Notes: a model not told the origin generated them from the letters alone. A DNA stretch of 18,769 nucleotides from Candidatus Bipolaricaulia bacterium (GCA_046758705.1 JBHIAT010000061.1:1-18769); one strand, 5' to 3'; shown: positions 1-10,093, counted from the stretch's first letter. Numbers and translations are program-made.

Positions 1-59
1 CCGCTGTCGAACCGGCGATTCTGATTTTTGCTATCTAGAATGAGCGAACGGTAAGGCAT
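1..59 (-). CDS. 5' end of a CDS running off the left edge (MPYRSLILDSKNQNRRFDS...), product unknown
   Basis: Minus-strand GGAGGAG (64-70) 4 nt before an ATG at 59-57; frame open to the window edge; same strand as the upstream methyltransferase. Confidence 0.5.
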   Translation of the reverse strand, partial: MPYRSLILDSKNQNRRFDS

Positions 60-110
60 AAGACTCCTCCACGTATAAAGTTGACCGGCGTTATTGAGCA
101 ATAATTTGGT

Positions 111-743
111 TTACAACTTGATACTTATGCTGAACGCCGTATTTTCGGGGATTCTACCTTTCAGATAACACTGTAAAAAAAGAGTTTGTAAGTGCGCGCA
201 AGTTGTCAGAGCGTGATTGAATGTTTCCTTATTTCGAAATCCAACGTTATCACAAACAAACAGACCGCCTTTGCGTAGCAACCTCTCACTACCTTCAAGA
301 GCGGTGAAGTGGGCGCAATCCACAAAAATAAAATCGAAGGTCTGTGTCAGGGTTGACACAATATCTTGCGCCTCGCCTTCCCGAACCTTAATTTTGCTTT
401 CCAATCCAGCTTTAGAAATATTTTTACGAGCCAACTGCAAACGACTTCTATCGCACTCAATGGTGGTTAGCAATCCCCCCTCAGGCAGATCTTTTGCTAT
501 CCAGATCGCTGAATATCCGGTTGCTGTGCCAAATTCTAAAGCTGATTTGACATTCCCGAACTGTACGAGAAAATTGATCAATCTTCCAAACCAAGGGCCG
601 ATGCTGTAAATACCGTGCTGTTGATATTCCTTCTCCATTTCATAAAAGATGAGGTCCCGCTCGAAATCATATTTTTCGATAAAGGACCAAAAATCACCAA
701 ACGAGTTAGTGAAGAATGTCTTTTGTTCTTCGGTTAGACTCAT
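111..743 (-). CDS. Class I SAM-dependent O-methyltransferase (caffeoyl-CoA OMT/YrrM-like)
   Basis: Motifs LEFGTATGYSAIW, LTTIE, FDFIFVD and GGLFVCDNV. Start placed at ATG 743 (MSLTEEQK), 9 nt after a TATAAT (758-753); the ORF track extends to 785. Confidence 0.85.
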   Translation of the reverse strand: MSLTEEQKTFFTNSFGDFWSFIEKYDFERDLIFYEMEKEYQQHGIYSIGPWFGRLINFLVQFGNVKSALEFGTATGYSAIWIAKDLPEGGLLTTIECDRSRLQLARKNISKAGLESKIKVREGEAQDIVSTLTQTFDFIFVDCAHFTALEGSERLLRKGGLFVCDNVGFRNKETFNHALTTCAHLQTLFLQCYLKGRIPENTAFSISIKL

Positions 744-917
744 AATGTCTTCATTATATACATGATGATTAAATTGTGGAACCACGCCCTGGAAGGTGCC
801 TGTTTGCCCTCAAAGCCATGGCCGCATTACAATTTGATTAGGTGCCAAGCAGGTAGAGGGCACCCAAGAAGCCTCCCACAAAAATAGATAGCTTCATATT
901 GAGAAAGGTAAGATCGT

Positions 918-1897
918 ATGAAACTAGAAAGAATTTTGGGGCAACATCGAAACCTTCTCGACAATCCACCCCGGGAGACCCTGATAAAGGAGGCGATGGA
1001 GAACCAAGAGACATTGGTATCGGCAAGTGGTGCTTTGGCCACATGGACCCCTCCAGAGTCCACCGGAAGAAGCCCTGAAGACACGGTGATCGTCAAGCGT
1101 GAGGAAAGCCAGGGGAATATAGATTGGGACTCTCCGTACATTAACGCTATAGATCCGGAAACCTTCGATATGGCTTTAGAAGATGCGCTCAACAGTCTTG
1201 CCGAAAAGCAGAAACTTTACCTGACCGATCGGGTCATTGGTGCTGACCCCTCTTATGCGCTGCCCACAAGGACTGTCACAGATCGAGCGCTTACCGCTCT
1301 GTTTACGGTGAATATGTTCAGACCTGTACCTCAGGATGCCGGAAAAAGTATATTTGCCGATGACGGCTTTACCTTAATCGCCCTGCCTTATGAAAAATTG
1401 GATCCCAGCAAATACCAGGGGCGACTGAGGGTTTTACCCAATGGGGAGACCTCCACGATGATCGTGGGCATAGATTTTGACCGGAGAATAGGCGTGGTCA
1501 TTGGCTCTGCTTATCGTGGGACGGTCAAGAAACTGATGTTTACCGTGATGAATTACCTGCTGCCCCCAGAGGGAATCCTGCCCATCCATTGTTCCGCGAC
1601 GGAAGGACCCGATGGTAATATAACCCTGCTTTTAGGGCTCTCGGGGACTGGGAAGACCACATTGTCGGCAGATCCCAAAAGGGCCCTCTTGGGTGACGAT
1701 GAACATGGGTGGAGTGAGACGGGGATCGCCAACTTTGAAAATGGCTCCTATGCCAAGTTGCTCGATCTAAATCCCGAGAAAGAACCCGTGAGGACAGAGT
1801 GCAAAGACTTGCTAAAGAATTTAGTGACCATTTCGATAAGGCCTATGGAAGTAAAAACTTTGATCCCGCCATTGAAAAACAGTGTCCGGGGAAATAG
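918..1897 (+). pseudogene. pckA: Phosphoenolpyruvate carboxykinase (ATP), internally deleted and frameshifted
   Basis: Motifs YRGTVKKLMF, LPIHCSA, GLSGTGKTTLSADP, LGDDEHGW and NFENGSYAK up to EKEP (1787). Another frame at 1790-1897 reads EDRVQRLAKEFSDHFDKAYG...QCPGK*, resembling the PckA C-terminal helix. About 325 codons remain against ~520-540 for typical PckA. Confidence 0.88.
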
Positions 1898-1914
1898 TGT
1901 GAGAAATCTCACAC
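1897..1914. promoter_or_regulatory. Palindrome GTGTGAGA-AA-TCTCACAC (TGTGA-N6-TCACA): CRP-family/Rex-type operator or pckA terminator hairpin
   Basis: Perfect 8-bp inverted repeat starting at the original pckA stop, about 155 bp upstream of the next start codon. Confidence 0.45.
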
Positions 1915-2069
1915 CTTATCTATGAGATTCGTTACAGACAACTCCCCATTTATATTACATAATAACATGATGATAATCAAAAAAATCAACGTGCCCGCCA
2001 GGTCGGAAAGGGGGGATCGAGGGTAACACATCTCTTTTGTGATAAATGTCCCCAAAGGAGGGGGAAATC

Positions 2070-4178
2070 ATGGAGAGCAAAACAATATCCTTCCCTCATA
2101 TTGGAAACTACTCCTATAGGATCAAAAGAGCGGTAGAGGCGGTCTGTCGGGAGGAGGGGATCGAGCACCTGAGATGGGTCATCCCGCCTCCGACCACCAA
2201 AAAGACCATCCTCAAAGGCTGGCAGCTCATGGATGAGAACATGTGCCTCCCGGCCAAGATCACCTTGGGAAACGACCTCGATGTCATTGAGACGGAGGAT
2301 GTCGATACCATCCTGATGTTTGACTCTTGCGGCACCTGTCGCTATAAAGCCTACCACAAACTCCACCAAAGCATCCTGGCCGACCTGGGCTACCAAACCA
2401 AGATGCGTCGCTTCAGGACCCGACAGATAGTACGCGATATCATGGATATCGACCCAGCGATCACCCGTAAGGTGGCCGTGAAGATCATCTGGCGAGGACT
2501 CAAGCAAATCCTGGAGATGGACAAAAAAGTGTTCGAGAAACAGGCACGCCTGCCCGCCCCCGGAGATCCCCGACCCAAAATCGGGATCGTCGGAGAGATT
2601 TACACCATCTTAGATCCCCATGCCAATATGGATCTGTTGAGGAAGCTGGAGAAGGCCGGCGCGTTCGTCCACAACTCCCTGCCTCTGTCAGAGTTTGTGT
2701 TCAAGCAGATCTACCACAACCGTTGGCTGAGCAACCTGCTCCGCTTTAAGAGGCCGGATATGGACTACAAGGTTCTCAAAAAAGCTGAACAGGAAGCGGA
2801 GCGGTATTATTCGGACCGGGAAGAGTACGATTTAGGCGGGCATGGGGTTGCCTCGATCGTCCACACGATCTACTATGCCAAGATGGGGTTCGACGCGGTC
2901 GTCCATGTCCAACCGTTCCCGTGTATGCCGGAATCCACCGTGACTCATTTCATGGACCGCATCTCGGAGGATTATCAGATCCCGGTCAACCACCTGACCT
3001 TCGATCAGCAGTTTGGGGAGGCCAACCTCAACACCCGGGTTGAGGCACTGGTCAACATGGTGCGGATCAGAAAACAGATGCTGAGCGCCAAACGGGAACG
3101 GGATTCGACCAACCCGGTCAAGGCCATCCTTAAGGGCAAGACCAAGGCTAAGACCGAAAAATATTTCCTGGGAATCGATGTGGGGAGCGTTTCCACCAAA
3201 GGGGCCATCATCGACCAGGATGTAAACATCATTAACTGGGCTTACCTGGATACCGCGAGAGATCCGATACAAGCGGTCAGGCAGCTCATGGCCGCCCTGA
3301 AAACGGAGGTGCCTGTTCACGCTGTTGCCACCACTGGCTCGGGAAGGCGATTGGCAAGCGTCCTGGTGGGGGCGGATCTTGTCGTGGACGAGATCACCTG
3401 TCAAACGCTGGGGTGCCTGTACTACGTCCCCGGTGCCCGGTCGATTATTGAGATCGGAGGGCAGGACTCCAAGTTTATACAAATTGATGAGATCGGGGTG
3501 CCTATCTGGTTCAACCTGAACACGATCTGCTCGGCAGGGACCGGATCTTTCTTTGCGGGAGCGGCCAGAGAGTTTGGAGTTCCCATCGAGAAGTTTGGCG
3601 AGATTGCTGTCGGGTGCCCTGAAGAGGTGAACATCACTGGGCGTTGCGGTGTGTTCGCTGAATCCGACATTGTGACTAAACAACAGCAGGGTTACCGAAA
3701 AGAAGCATTGATCAAGGGCCTGTGTATGGCGATGCCTCTAAATTTCCTAAACAATGTGGCCCGAAACCGAGAGCTTGTGGAGCCGATCGTGTTCACCGGC
3801 GGGGTAGCGTCCAATGACGGGGCGGTATTGGGATTTGAGCGAGCGTTAGGGAAGAAGGTTGAGGTGTTGGAGCACAACAAGATTTCGGGCTGTATTGGAG
3901 CGGCATTAATAGCGATGGCGAACTGGGGAGGGACGGAGAACGGGCAAACGAAGTTTTTCGGGTTTGAAGTGGCCGATTTCGACTACGTGCCACACGGTTT
4001 TCTGTGCCAGGACTGTCCGAACAACTGCGAGATCTCATTGGTGTTAAAGGGTCAGGAGGTGTGGGGCACGTTCGGGTCGAGGTGTAGGAAATGGGAAGCG
4101 CTGGTGGGGAAGCAGGCGGATGAACGGATGCTGGAGTCCAAAGATTGGCACCCATTACTCGAACAGGGAGGTGCATAG
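2070..4178 (+). CDS. Fusion of a COG3581-like reductase/dehydratase domain and a CoA-substrate-specific enzyme activase (BadF/BadG/BcrA/BcrD, HgdC-like ASKHA ATPase); related to PlsA/PlsR/Ger
   Basis: RBS AAGGAGG before ATG 2070. N-half: MCLPAKITLG, SCGTCRY, PKIGIVGEIY, QPFPCMPE, EANLNTRVEA. C-half: LGIDVGSVSTK, TTGSGR, EIGGQDSK, ICSAGTGSF, RCGVFAESD, FTGGVASN, then CQDCPNNC...GSRC. Confidence 0.85.
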   Translation: MESKTISFPHIGNYSYRIKRAVEAVCREEGIEHLRWVIPPPTTKKTILKGWQLMDENMCLPAKITLGNDLDVIETEDVDTILMFDSCGTCRYKAYHKLHQSILADLGYQTKMRRFRTRQIVRDIMDIDPAITRKVAVKIIWRGLKQILEMDKKVFEKQARLPAPGDPRPKIGIVGEIYTILDPHANMDLLRKLEKAGAFVHNSLPLSEFVFKQIYHNRWLSNLLRFKRPDMDYKVLKKAEQEAERYYSDREEYDLGGHGVASIVHTIYYAKMGFDAVVHVQPFPCMPESTVTHFMDRISEDYQIPVNHLTFDQQFGEANLNTRVEALVNMVRIRKQMLSAKRERDSTNPVKAILKGKTKAKTEKYFLGIDVGSVSTKGAIIDQDVNIINWAYLDTARDPIQAVRQLMAALKTEVPVHAVATTGSGRRLASVLVGADLVVDEITCQTLGCLYYVPGARSIIEIGGQDSKFIQIDEIGVPIWFNLNTICSAGTGSFFAGAAREFGVPIEKFGEIAVGCPEEVNITGRCGVFAESDIVTKQQQGYRKEALIKGLCMAMPLNFLNNVARNRELVEPIVFTGGVASNDGAVLGFERALGKKVEVLEHNKISGCIGAALIAMANWGGTENGQTKFFGFEVADFDYVPHGFLCQDCPNNCEISLVLKGQEVWGTFGSRCRKWEALVGKQADERMLESKDWHPLLEQGGA

Positions 4179-4243
4179 CATAGAAGAGATTTGTAGGGCA
4201 TCGAGACCCCATCCAGTCTGCTCTTCCCTTTAAAGTTCCCACC

Positions 4244-4272
4244 TTGAAATGTGTATAAAGAGTGTGTAGACT
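4244..4272 (+). promoter_or_regulatory. Sigma70-type promoter of the toxin-antitoxin operon
   Basis: TTGAAA (4244-4249), 17-bp spacer, TAGACT (4267-4272); RBS GGAGG at 4284-4288 and ATG at 4296. Confidence 0.6.
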
Positions 4273-4295
4273 CAGTTAAGCAAGGAGGGATTCTT

Positions 4296-4562
4296 ATGCC
4301 AACCCGAACGAAACAGCGGATCAACATCACGCTTCCCCCAGAAACAATAGAGCTGATCGATCGGGTCAGTGAGGGAAGTCGGAGTGAGTTCATTGATAAG
4401 GCTGTCCGGGTCTACATCAATCGACTGGAGCGGGCGAGGCTGAAGCGTGCGTTAAAGCACGCCTATCGGGAGCGCGCCAAGGAAGACCTGGAGGTTGCCC
4501 ACGAGTGGGAACCTATTGAGCGAGAAGTTTGGGAGATGCTAGAGGAGCAGGAACAGACCTGA
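4296..4562 (+). CDS. Ribbon-helix-helix (CopG-type, NdoAI/MazE-like) antitoxin
   Basis: RINITLP beta strand, SRSEFIDKAV helix, acidic C-terminus; strong RBS before ATG 4296; ends 4 bp before the toxin gene. Confidence 0.85.
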   Translation: MPTRTKQRINITLPPETIELIDRVSEGSRSEFIDKAVRVYINRLERARLKRALKHAYRERAKEDLEVAHEWEPIEREVWEMLEEQEQT

Positions 4563-4566
4563 GAGC

Positions 4567-4914
4567 ATGGCCTATCCAAAACGCGGCTCCGTCTACCTCG
4601 TGAACTTCGATCCGACGATTGGCGCTGAGATCAAGAAGACCCGACCCGCGGTGATCATCTCTAATGATATCGCGAACCGATACAGCCCGATCGTGATCGT
4701 TGCTGCTATGACGGGACGTGCTGAGCCGAGGTTCGATGAGGTTCCCGTGGCACCTCCTGAGGGTGGTCTCACCCAAGAGGCGGTCATCGTGCCCAACCAA
4801 ATTCGCTCTGTGGACAAACGAAGATTGGTGCGAAGACTCGGGAGGCTCTCTGAGGAGACGATCAGGAGGCTGGACGTCGCACTCCGAATCACCCTGGGCC
4901 TTGTAGAGTGGTAA
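4567..4914 (+). CDS. mazF: PemK/MazF family endoribonuclease toxin
   Basis: KRGSVYLVNFDPTIGAEIKKTRPAVIISND, VAAMT and QIRSVDKRRL are characteristic MazF/PemK motifs; 115 aa. Confidence 0.93.
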   Translation: MAYPKRGSVYLVNFDPTIGAEIKKTRPAVIISNDIANRYSPIVIVAAMTGRAEPRFDEVPVAPPEGGLTQEAVIVPNQIRSVDKRRLVRRLGRLSEETIRRLDVALRITLGLVEW

Positions 4915-4971
4915 TGTGTCTGGGTGGAGCTGAACTTGCGCCTTCTCAAAGCTGCGGGCTCAACTCGGGTC

Positions 4972-4980
4972 TGCTATAAT
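4972..4980 (+). promoter_or_regulatory. Extended -10 promoter (TGcTATAAT) of uvrB
   Basis: Perfect TGnTATAAT ending 11 nt before the uvrB ATG; no Shine-Dalgarno in between. Confidence 0.6.
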
Positions 4981-4991
4981 ACAGAAAAATC

Positions 4992-6980
4992 ATGGAAGAC
5001 AGACCATTCCAACTGACGACCGATCTCGAACCCCGCGGCGACCAACCGAAGGCGATCCGCCAACTGAGCGACGGGGTGAAGGCGGGATTGCAACATCAGA
5101 CCCTGCTGGGAGCCACGGGGACGGGGAAGACGTTCGTGATATCCTGCGTGATCCAGGAGATTCAGAGCCCGACGCTCGTCATCGCTCACAACAAGACGCT
5201 CGCCGCCCAGCTCGCCAGCGAGTTCCGCCAGCTGTTCCCCGAGAACGCCGTCCACTACTTCGTCAGCTACTACGACTACTATCAGCCCGAGGCGTATGTC
5301 CCCCAGACCGACACCTACATCGAAAAGGACGCATCGATCAACGATGAGATCGATCGACTGAGACATGCGGCGACGAGCGCGCTGCTCGAGCGACGGGACG
5401 TGATCGTCGTCGCCAGCGTTTCCTGCATCTTCGGCCTGGGGACGCCGGAGGACTATGCCCAGATGATCCTGAGCGTCCGACGGGGCGAGTCCCGGGATCG
5501 GGACGCGATCCTCCGCAGGCTGATCCGGATGCAGTACGATCGCAACGACATCGGGTTTTCGCGTGGAACGTTCCGAGTGAAGGGAGACGTGATCGAGATC
5601 ATCCCCGTCTACGAGGAAAACGTGGTCCGGATTGAGATGTTCGGTGATGAGATCGACCGCATCGCCGTGCTCGACCCGATCACCGGTGATGTACTTGAGG
5701 AGCGCAAGCGGATCACGCTCTACCCGGCCACTCACTTCATTACCCCTCAGGAGAAGCTGAACCGGGCGATCGTTGGAATCGAGGCCGAGCTTGAGGAACA
5801 GCTTGCGGAACTGAGGCAGCGTGAAAAATTGCTCGAAGCCCAGCGGCTAGGGCAGCGGGCGAAGTACGATCTGGAGATGCTGCGCGAGTTCGGCTACTGT
5901 TCAGGAGTTGAGAACTATGCCCGACATCTTTCCGGCCGCGCCCCCGGAGAACCACCGGCGACGCTGATCGATTATTTTCCAGAAGATTTCCTGATGGTGA
6001 TCGATGAGTCCCATCAGACGATCCCTCAGATTCGCGGCATGTACAACGGCGACCGTTCCCGAAAACTGACACTCGTCGAGCACGGCTTCCGATTGCCCTC
6101 GGCGCTTGACAACCGGCCGCTCACCTTCGAGGAGTTCGAGAGCCGGATCAACCAGGTGGTCTACACATCGGCGACTCCCGGTCCCTACGAGTGGGCGCAC
6201 AGCCGTCAGATCGTAGAGCAAATCATTCGACCGACAGGTCTCGTCGACCCTGAGGTGGTCGTCCGACCGATCGAGGGCCAGATCGACGACCTGATCAGCG
6301 AGATCGCGGAGGTGACCGGTCGTGGGGAACGGATGCTGGTGACGACGCTGACGAAGCGGATGGCTGAAGACCTGGCCGATTACCTGGCGGAGCTTGGCAT
6401 TCAGGTCCGCTACCTCCACTCGGAGATCAAGACGTTGGATCGCATAGAGATCCTGCGCGACCTGCGTCTGGGCGAGTTCGACGTGCTCGTTGGGATCAAC
6501 CTGCTTCGCGAGGGGCTTGACCTGCCCGAGGTGTCGCGGGTCGCCATCCTCGATGCTGACAAGGAGGGTTTTCTCAGGTCGGAGACATCGTTGATCCAGA
6601 CGATCGGCCGGGCGGCGCGTAACGTCCGAGGGAAGGTGGTTCTGTATGCGGATGAGGTCACCGACTCCATGAAACGGGCGCTCACCGAGACGAACCGCCG
6701 TCGACAGATCCAACTGGACTACAACCAAAAGCACGGCATCACACCGGAGACGATCCGCAAAGCGATTCGCGACATCGTTCAGGAGATCCGCACCTCGGAG
6801 ACGGAGAAGCAGGTCGAGGAGACGGTCAAAGCGCTCGATCCCAACGCGCTGGCTGACCGGATCAAGGTGCTGGAAGCCGAGATGTTCGCCGCCGCCGACC
6901 GGCTCGAGTTCGAGCGGGCTGCCGAACTGCGCGATGAGATCGCCACGCTGCGTGAAGCGTTGGTCGGTTACGAGATTTGA
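4992..6980 (+). CDS. uvrB: Excinuclease ABC subunit B
   Basis: [57 protein letters not shown] and a C-terminal UVR domain ([11 protein letters not shown]); 662 aa. Confidence 0.99.
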   Translation: MEDRPFQLTTDLEPRGDQPKAIRQLSDGVKAGLQHQTLLGATGTGKTFVISCVIQEIQSPTLVIAHNKTLAAQLASEFRQLFPENAVHYFVSYYDYYQPEAYVPQTDTYIEKDASINDEIDRLRHAATSALLERRDVIVVASVSCIFGLGTPEDYAQMILSVRRGESRDRDAILRRLIRMQYDRNDIGFSRGTFRVKGDVIEIIPVYEENVVRIEMFGDEIDRIAVLDPITGDVLEERKRITLYPATHFITPQEKLNRAIVGIEAELEEQLAELRQREKLLEAQRLGQRAKYDLEMLREFGYCSGVENYARHLSGRAPGEPPATLIDYFPEDFLMVIDESHQTIPQIRGMYNGDRSRKLTLVEHGFRLPSALDNRPLTFEEFESRINQVVYTSATPGPYEWAHSRQIVEQIIRPTGLVDPEVVVRPIEGQIDDLISEIAEVTGRGERMLVTTLTKRMAEDLADYLAELGIQVRYLHSEIKTLDRIEILRDLRLGEFDVLVGINLLREGLDLPEVSRVAILDADKEGFLRSETSLIQTIGRAARNVRGKVVLYADEVTDSMKRALTETNRRRQIQLDYNQKHGITPETIRKAIRDIVQEIRTSETEKQVEETVKALDPNALADRIKVLEAEMFAAADRLEFERAAELRDEIATLREALVGYEI

Positions 6981-7085
6981 ACGTCAAGCGTCGACTCCCC
7001 GAGTTGAGGAAGCCGATCGATTCCCGTAAAATATGAAGATGGAAGTGGGGGGAACTTCATGCAGGGGCCCTAAGGAGGGGGGCTG

Positions 7086-9953
7086 TTGGCTGAAAAGCAT
7101 ATCGTCATCAAAGGGGCCCGGCAACATAACCTGAAAAGTATCGACCTGACGATCCCGCGTGATCGGTTGGTGGTGATCACCGGGATCAGTGGCTCAGGAA
7201 AGTCATCGCTGGCATTCGACACCTTATACGCTGAGGGGCAGCGGCGCTACGTCGAGTCGCTGTCGGCCTACGCCCGTCAGTTCCTGGGCCAGATGGACAA
7301 GCCGGACGTTGACTTCATCGAGGGACTCTCCCCGGCGATCTCGATCGATCAAAAGTCGAGAAGCCACAACCCGCGCTCGACCGTCGGCACGATCACCGAG
7401 ATCTATGACTATCTACGATTGCTCTACGCCCGTATCGGAAAACCCCACTGCTACAACTGTGGCCAGCCGATCACGCAACAGTCGGCTCAGCAGATCGTCG
7501 ATCGGGTGCTGGAGCTTGAGGAAGGCACCCGGTTCCAGATCCTCGCCCCGTTCGTCCGCGGCCGCAAGGGGGAGTATAGAAAACTGTTCGAGGAGTTGCG
7601 CAAAGAGGGGTATGTCCGCGTCCGGGTCGACGGTGTGGTTTACCAGGTGACCGACCCGATCGACCTTGACAAGAACAAGAAGCACACGATCGAAGTGGTC
7701 GTCGATCGGATCGTCATGCGGGACGGCATCAAGAACCGGATTGCCGACTCGACCGAGACGGCCCTGAAGCGCAGCGGCGGTCTCGTCCTCATCCATCTCG
7801 TCGACGAAGGTGGCAATGACGGCCGAGAGCAGGAACTGCTGCTCAGCGAGCAGTTCGCCTGCCCCGATTGCGGAATCAGCTACGACGAGCTCGAGCCGCG
7901 GATGTTCTCGTTCAACAGCCCCTACGGGGCGTGTTCCACCTGTGACGGACTCGGGGTCAAGATGGAAATCGCCCCCGAGCTGGTGATCGACCGCCGCCGG
8001 TCGCTCTCGGACGGTGGGATCATCCCGTGGGCAAACAGTCGGAGCCGTTGGCGAACAGCGATCCTGGCCAGTCTGTGTGAGATGTATGAGATCGACCCGG
8101 ACGCCCCGCTCGGTGAGCTCGATGAGCGACAGCTGGACGTATTGCTCTACGGAACCGACGGTCGGCCGTTGAGGTTCGTTTACGTCAACCGTCGGGGTCG
8201 AAGACGCACCTTCATCCGGCCATACGGTGGAGTGATTCCCCATCTGGAGCGGAGGTACCGGGAGTCTGAATCGGACTGGGCCCGGCAGGAGGTCGAACGG
8301 TTCATGCGGGCGCGGCCCTGCCAGGATTGCCATGGGAGAAGGCTCCGACCGGAGAGCCTGGCGGTGACCGTCGGTGAGAAGAACATCATGGAGGTCACCG
8401 CGCTGTCGGTGAAGGAAGCACACCGGTTCTTCGAGACGCTCGAGCTGAGTGATCGGGACCGGTTGATCGCCCATCAGGTGTTCAAGGAGATCCAATCGCG
8501 GCTCAGCTTCATGATCGATGTCGGCCTCGACTACTTGACGCTTGACCGGGCCGCCAGGACGCTTGCCGGTGGCGAGGCGCAGCGCATCCGACTCGCGACC
8601 CAGATCGGTTCGCAGCTCGTCGGCGTCCTCTATATCCTCGATGAGCCGAGCATTGGGCTCCACCAGCGCGACAACCGGCGGTTGCTCAACACGCTGAAGG
8701 GCCTCCGGGATCTGGGGAACACGGTGATCGTCGTTGAGCACGATGAGGAAACGATCCGCGAGGCTGACCACATCGTCGACATCGGGCCCGGGGCCGGCGT
8801 CCACGGCGGGGAGATCGTTGTCACCGGACCGGCCAAGGAGGTGGCTCGCTGTGACGCATCGATCACCGGCCAGTACCTGAGCGGAGCGCGAAAGATCCCG
8901 ATTCCGGCCGAACGCCGACATCCCAGCAGCGAAAAATATCTGGAGGTTCAAGGCGCTCGAGAGCACAACCTGAAGAACCTGAATGTGCAGATCCCATTGG
9001 GCCTATTTGTCTGCGTCACCGGTGTCTCCGGTTCGGGCAAGAGTACGTTGGTCGATGAGATCCTGTATCGGAGCGTTGCCCGGGAGTTCTATAAGACGGT
9101 CGAGTGGCCGGGAGATCACGACGAGATCCTCGGGATCGAGCATCTGGACAAGGTCATCGAGATCGATCAGTCACCGATCGGCCGGACACCCCGCTCGAAC
9201 CCGGCGACCTACACCAAGTTGTTCGACGCCATCCGAAAGCTCTACGCCGAAGTGCCCGAATCGAAAGCGCGCGGTTACCGACCGGGGCGGTTCAGCTTCA
9301 ACGTGAAGGGCGGCCGCTGCGAGACGTGCCGCGGAGACGGTCTGATCAAGATCGAGATGCATTTTCTGCCGGACGTTTACGTTCCGTGCGAGGTTTGTAA
9401 CGGGAAGCGATACAACCGCGAGACGCTCGAGATCCGCTACAAGGGGAAGAACATCGCCAACGTGCTGGCGATGACGGTCGAGGAGGCGCTCGGGTTCTTT
9501 GAGAACATCCCGCCGATCCAGCGTAAGCTTCAGACCCTCTACGATGTCGGCCTGGGCTACATTGAGCTCGGCCAACCGGCGCCGACGCTTTCGGGCGGCG
9601 AGGCGCAGAGAGTTAAACTCGCGACCGAGTTGAGCAAGGTGGCAACCGGGCACACCCTGTACATTCTCGATGAACCGACCGTCGGCCTCCATGCCGACGA
9701 TGTAAACAAACTGATCAACGTGCTTCAAAGTCTGGTGGATAAGGAGAATACGGTGATCTGTATCGAACATCTCATGGATGTGATTAAGGTTGCCGACTGG
9801 GTGATAGATCTGGGGCCGGAGGGTGGTGATGAGGGAGGTCAAATCGTCGCCGAAGGCCCCCCCGAAAAAGTGGTCGAGACGCCCAATTCCTACACTGGAA
9901 AATTCCTTCGTGAGATTTTGGAGGTCGGTGAACGAGAGGTCCCCGTAAGTTAG
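7086..9953 (+). CDS. uvrA: Excinuclease ABC subunit A
   Basis: TTG start after [15 protein letters not shown], two ABC modules ([32 protein letters not shown]) and CxxC zinc-binding pairs; 955 aa. Confidence 0.99.
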   Translation: MAEKHIVIKGARQHNLKSIDLTIPRDRLVVITGISGSGKSSLAFDTLYAEGQRRYVESLSAYARQFLGQMDKPDVDFIEGLSPAISIDQKSRSHNPRSTVGTITEIYDYLRLLYARIGKPHCYNCGQPITQQSAQQIVDRVLELEEGTRFQILAPFVRGRKGEYRKLFEELRKEGYVRVRVDGVVYQVTDPIDLDKNKKHTIEVVVDRIVMRDGIKNRIADSTETALKRSGGLVLIHLVDEGGNDGREQELLLSEQFACPDCGISYDELEPRMFSFNSPYGACSTCDGLGVKMEIAPELVIDRRRSLSDGGIIPWANSRSRWRTAILASLCEMYEIDPDAPLGELDERQLDVLLYGTDGRPLRFVYVNRRGRRRTFIRPYGGVIPHLERRYRESESDWARQEVERFMRARPCQDCHGRRLRPESLAVTVGEKNIMEVTALSVKEAHRFFETLELSDRDRLIAHQVFKEIQSRLSFMIDVGLDYLTLDRAARTLAGGEAQRIRLATQIGSQLVGVLYILDEPSIGLHQRDNRRLLNTLKGLRDLGNTVIVVEHDEETIREADHIVDIGPGAGVHGGEIVVTGPAKEVARCDASITGQYLSGARKIPIPAERRHPSSEKYLEVQGAREHNLKNLNVQIPLGLFVCVTGVSGSGKSTLVDEILYRSVAREFYKTVEWPGDHDEILGIEHLDKVIEIDQSPIGRTPRSNPATYTKLFDAIRKLYAEVPESKARGYRPGRFSFNVKGGRCETCRGDGLIKIEMHFLPDVYVPCEVCNGKRYNRETLEIRYKGKNIANVLAMTVEEALGFFENIPPIQRKLQTLYDVGLGYIELGQPAPTLSGGEAQRVKLATELSKVATGHTLYILDEPTVGLHADDVNKLINVLQSLVDKENTVICIEHLMDVIKVADWVIDLGPEGGDEGGQIVAEGPPEKVVETPNSYTGKFLREILEVGEREVPVS

Positions 9954-10093
9954 CCTAATCCAGCCATCTACTTGTTTCTCCACTTATATTTCACTTCCTG
10001 TCTGATTTCCTCTAGGATCCGATGTAATCGGGGTTACAGGTAATTGAAACGTCATCGCCTAAAGTAAAGGTAATCGAATGAAAGAGGATAACC

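Noticed and set aside
1788-1925. pckA truncated by insertion of a mobile element
   Set aside because: No IS ends or target duplication seen; a PckA-like C-terminus follows immediately in another frame, so deletion explains it better.
5340-9200. Frequent CGATCG/GATC words suggesting a HIP1-like repeat
   Set aside because: Explicable by heavy use of ATC/GAT/GAC codons; enrichment cannot be shown without counting.
4974-9983. Long antisense ORFs (253, 277, 517, 270 aa) opposite uvrB/uvrA
   Set aside because: Shadow frames of GC-rich, codon-biased genes; no recognisable motifs.
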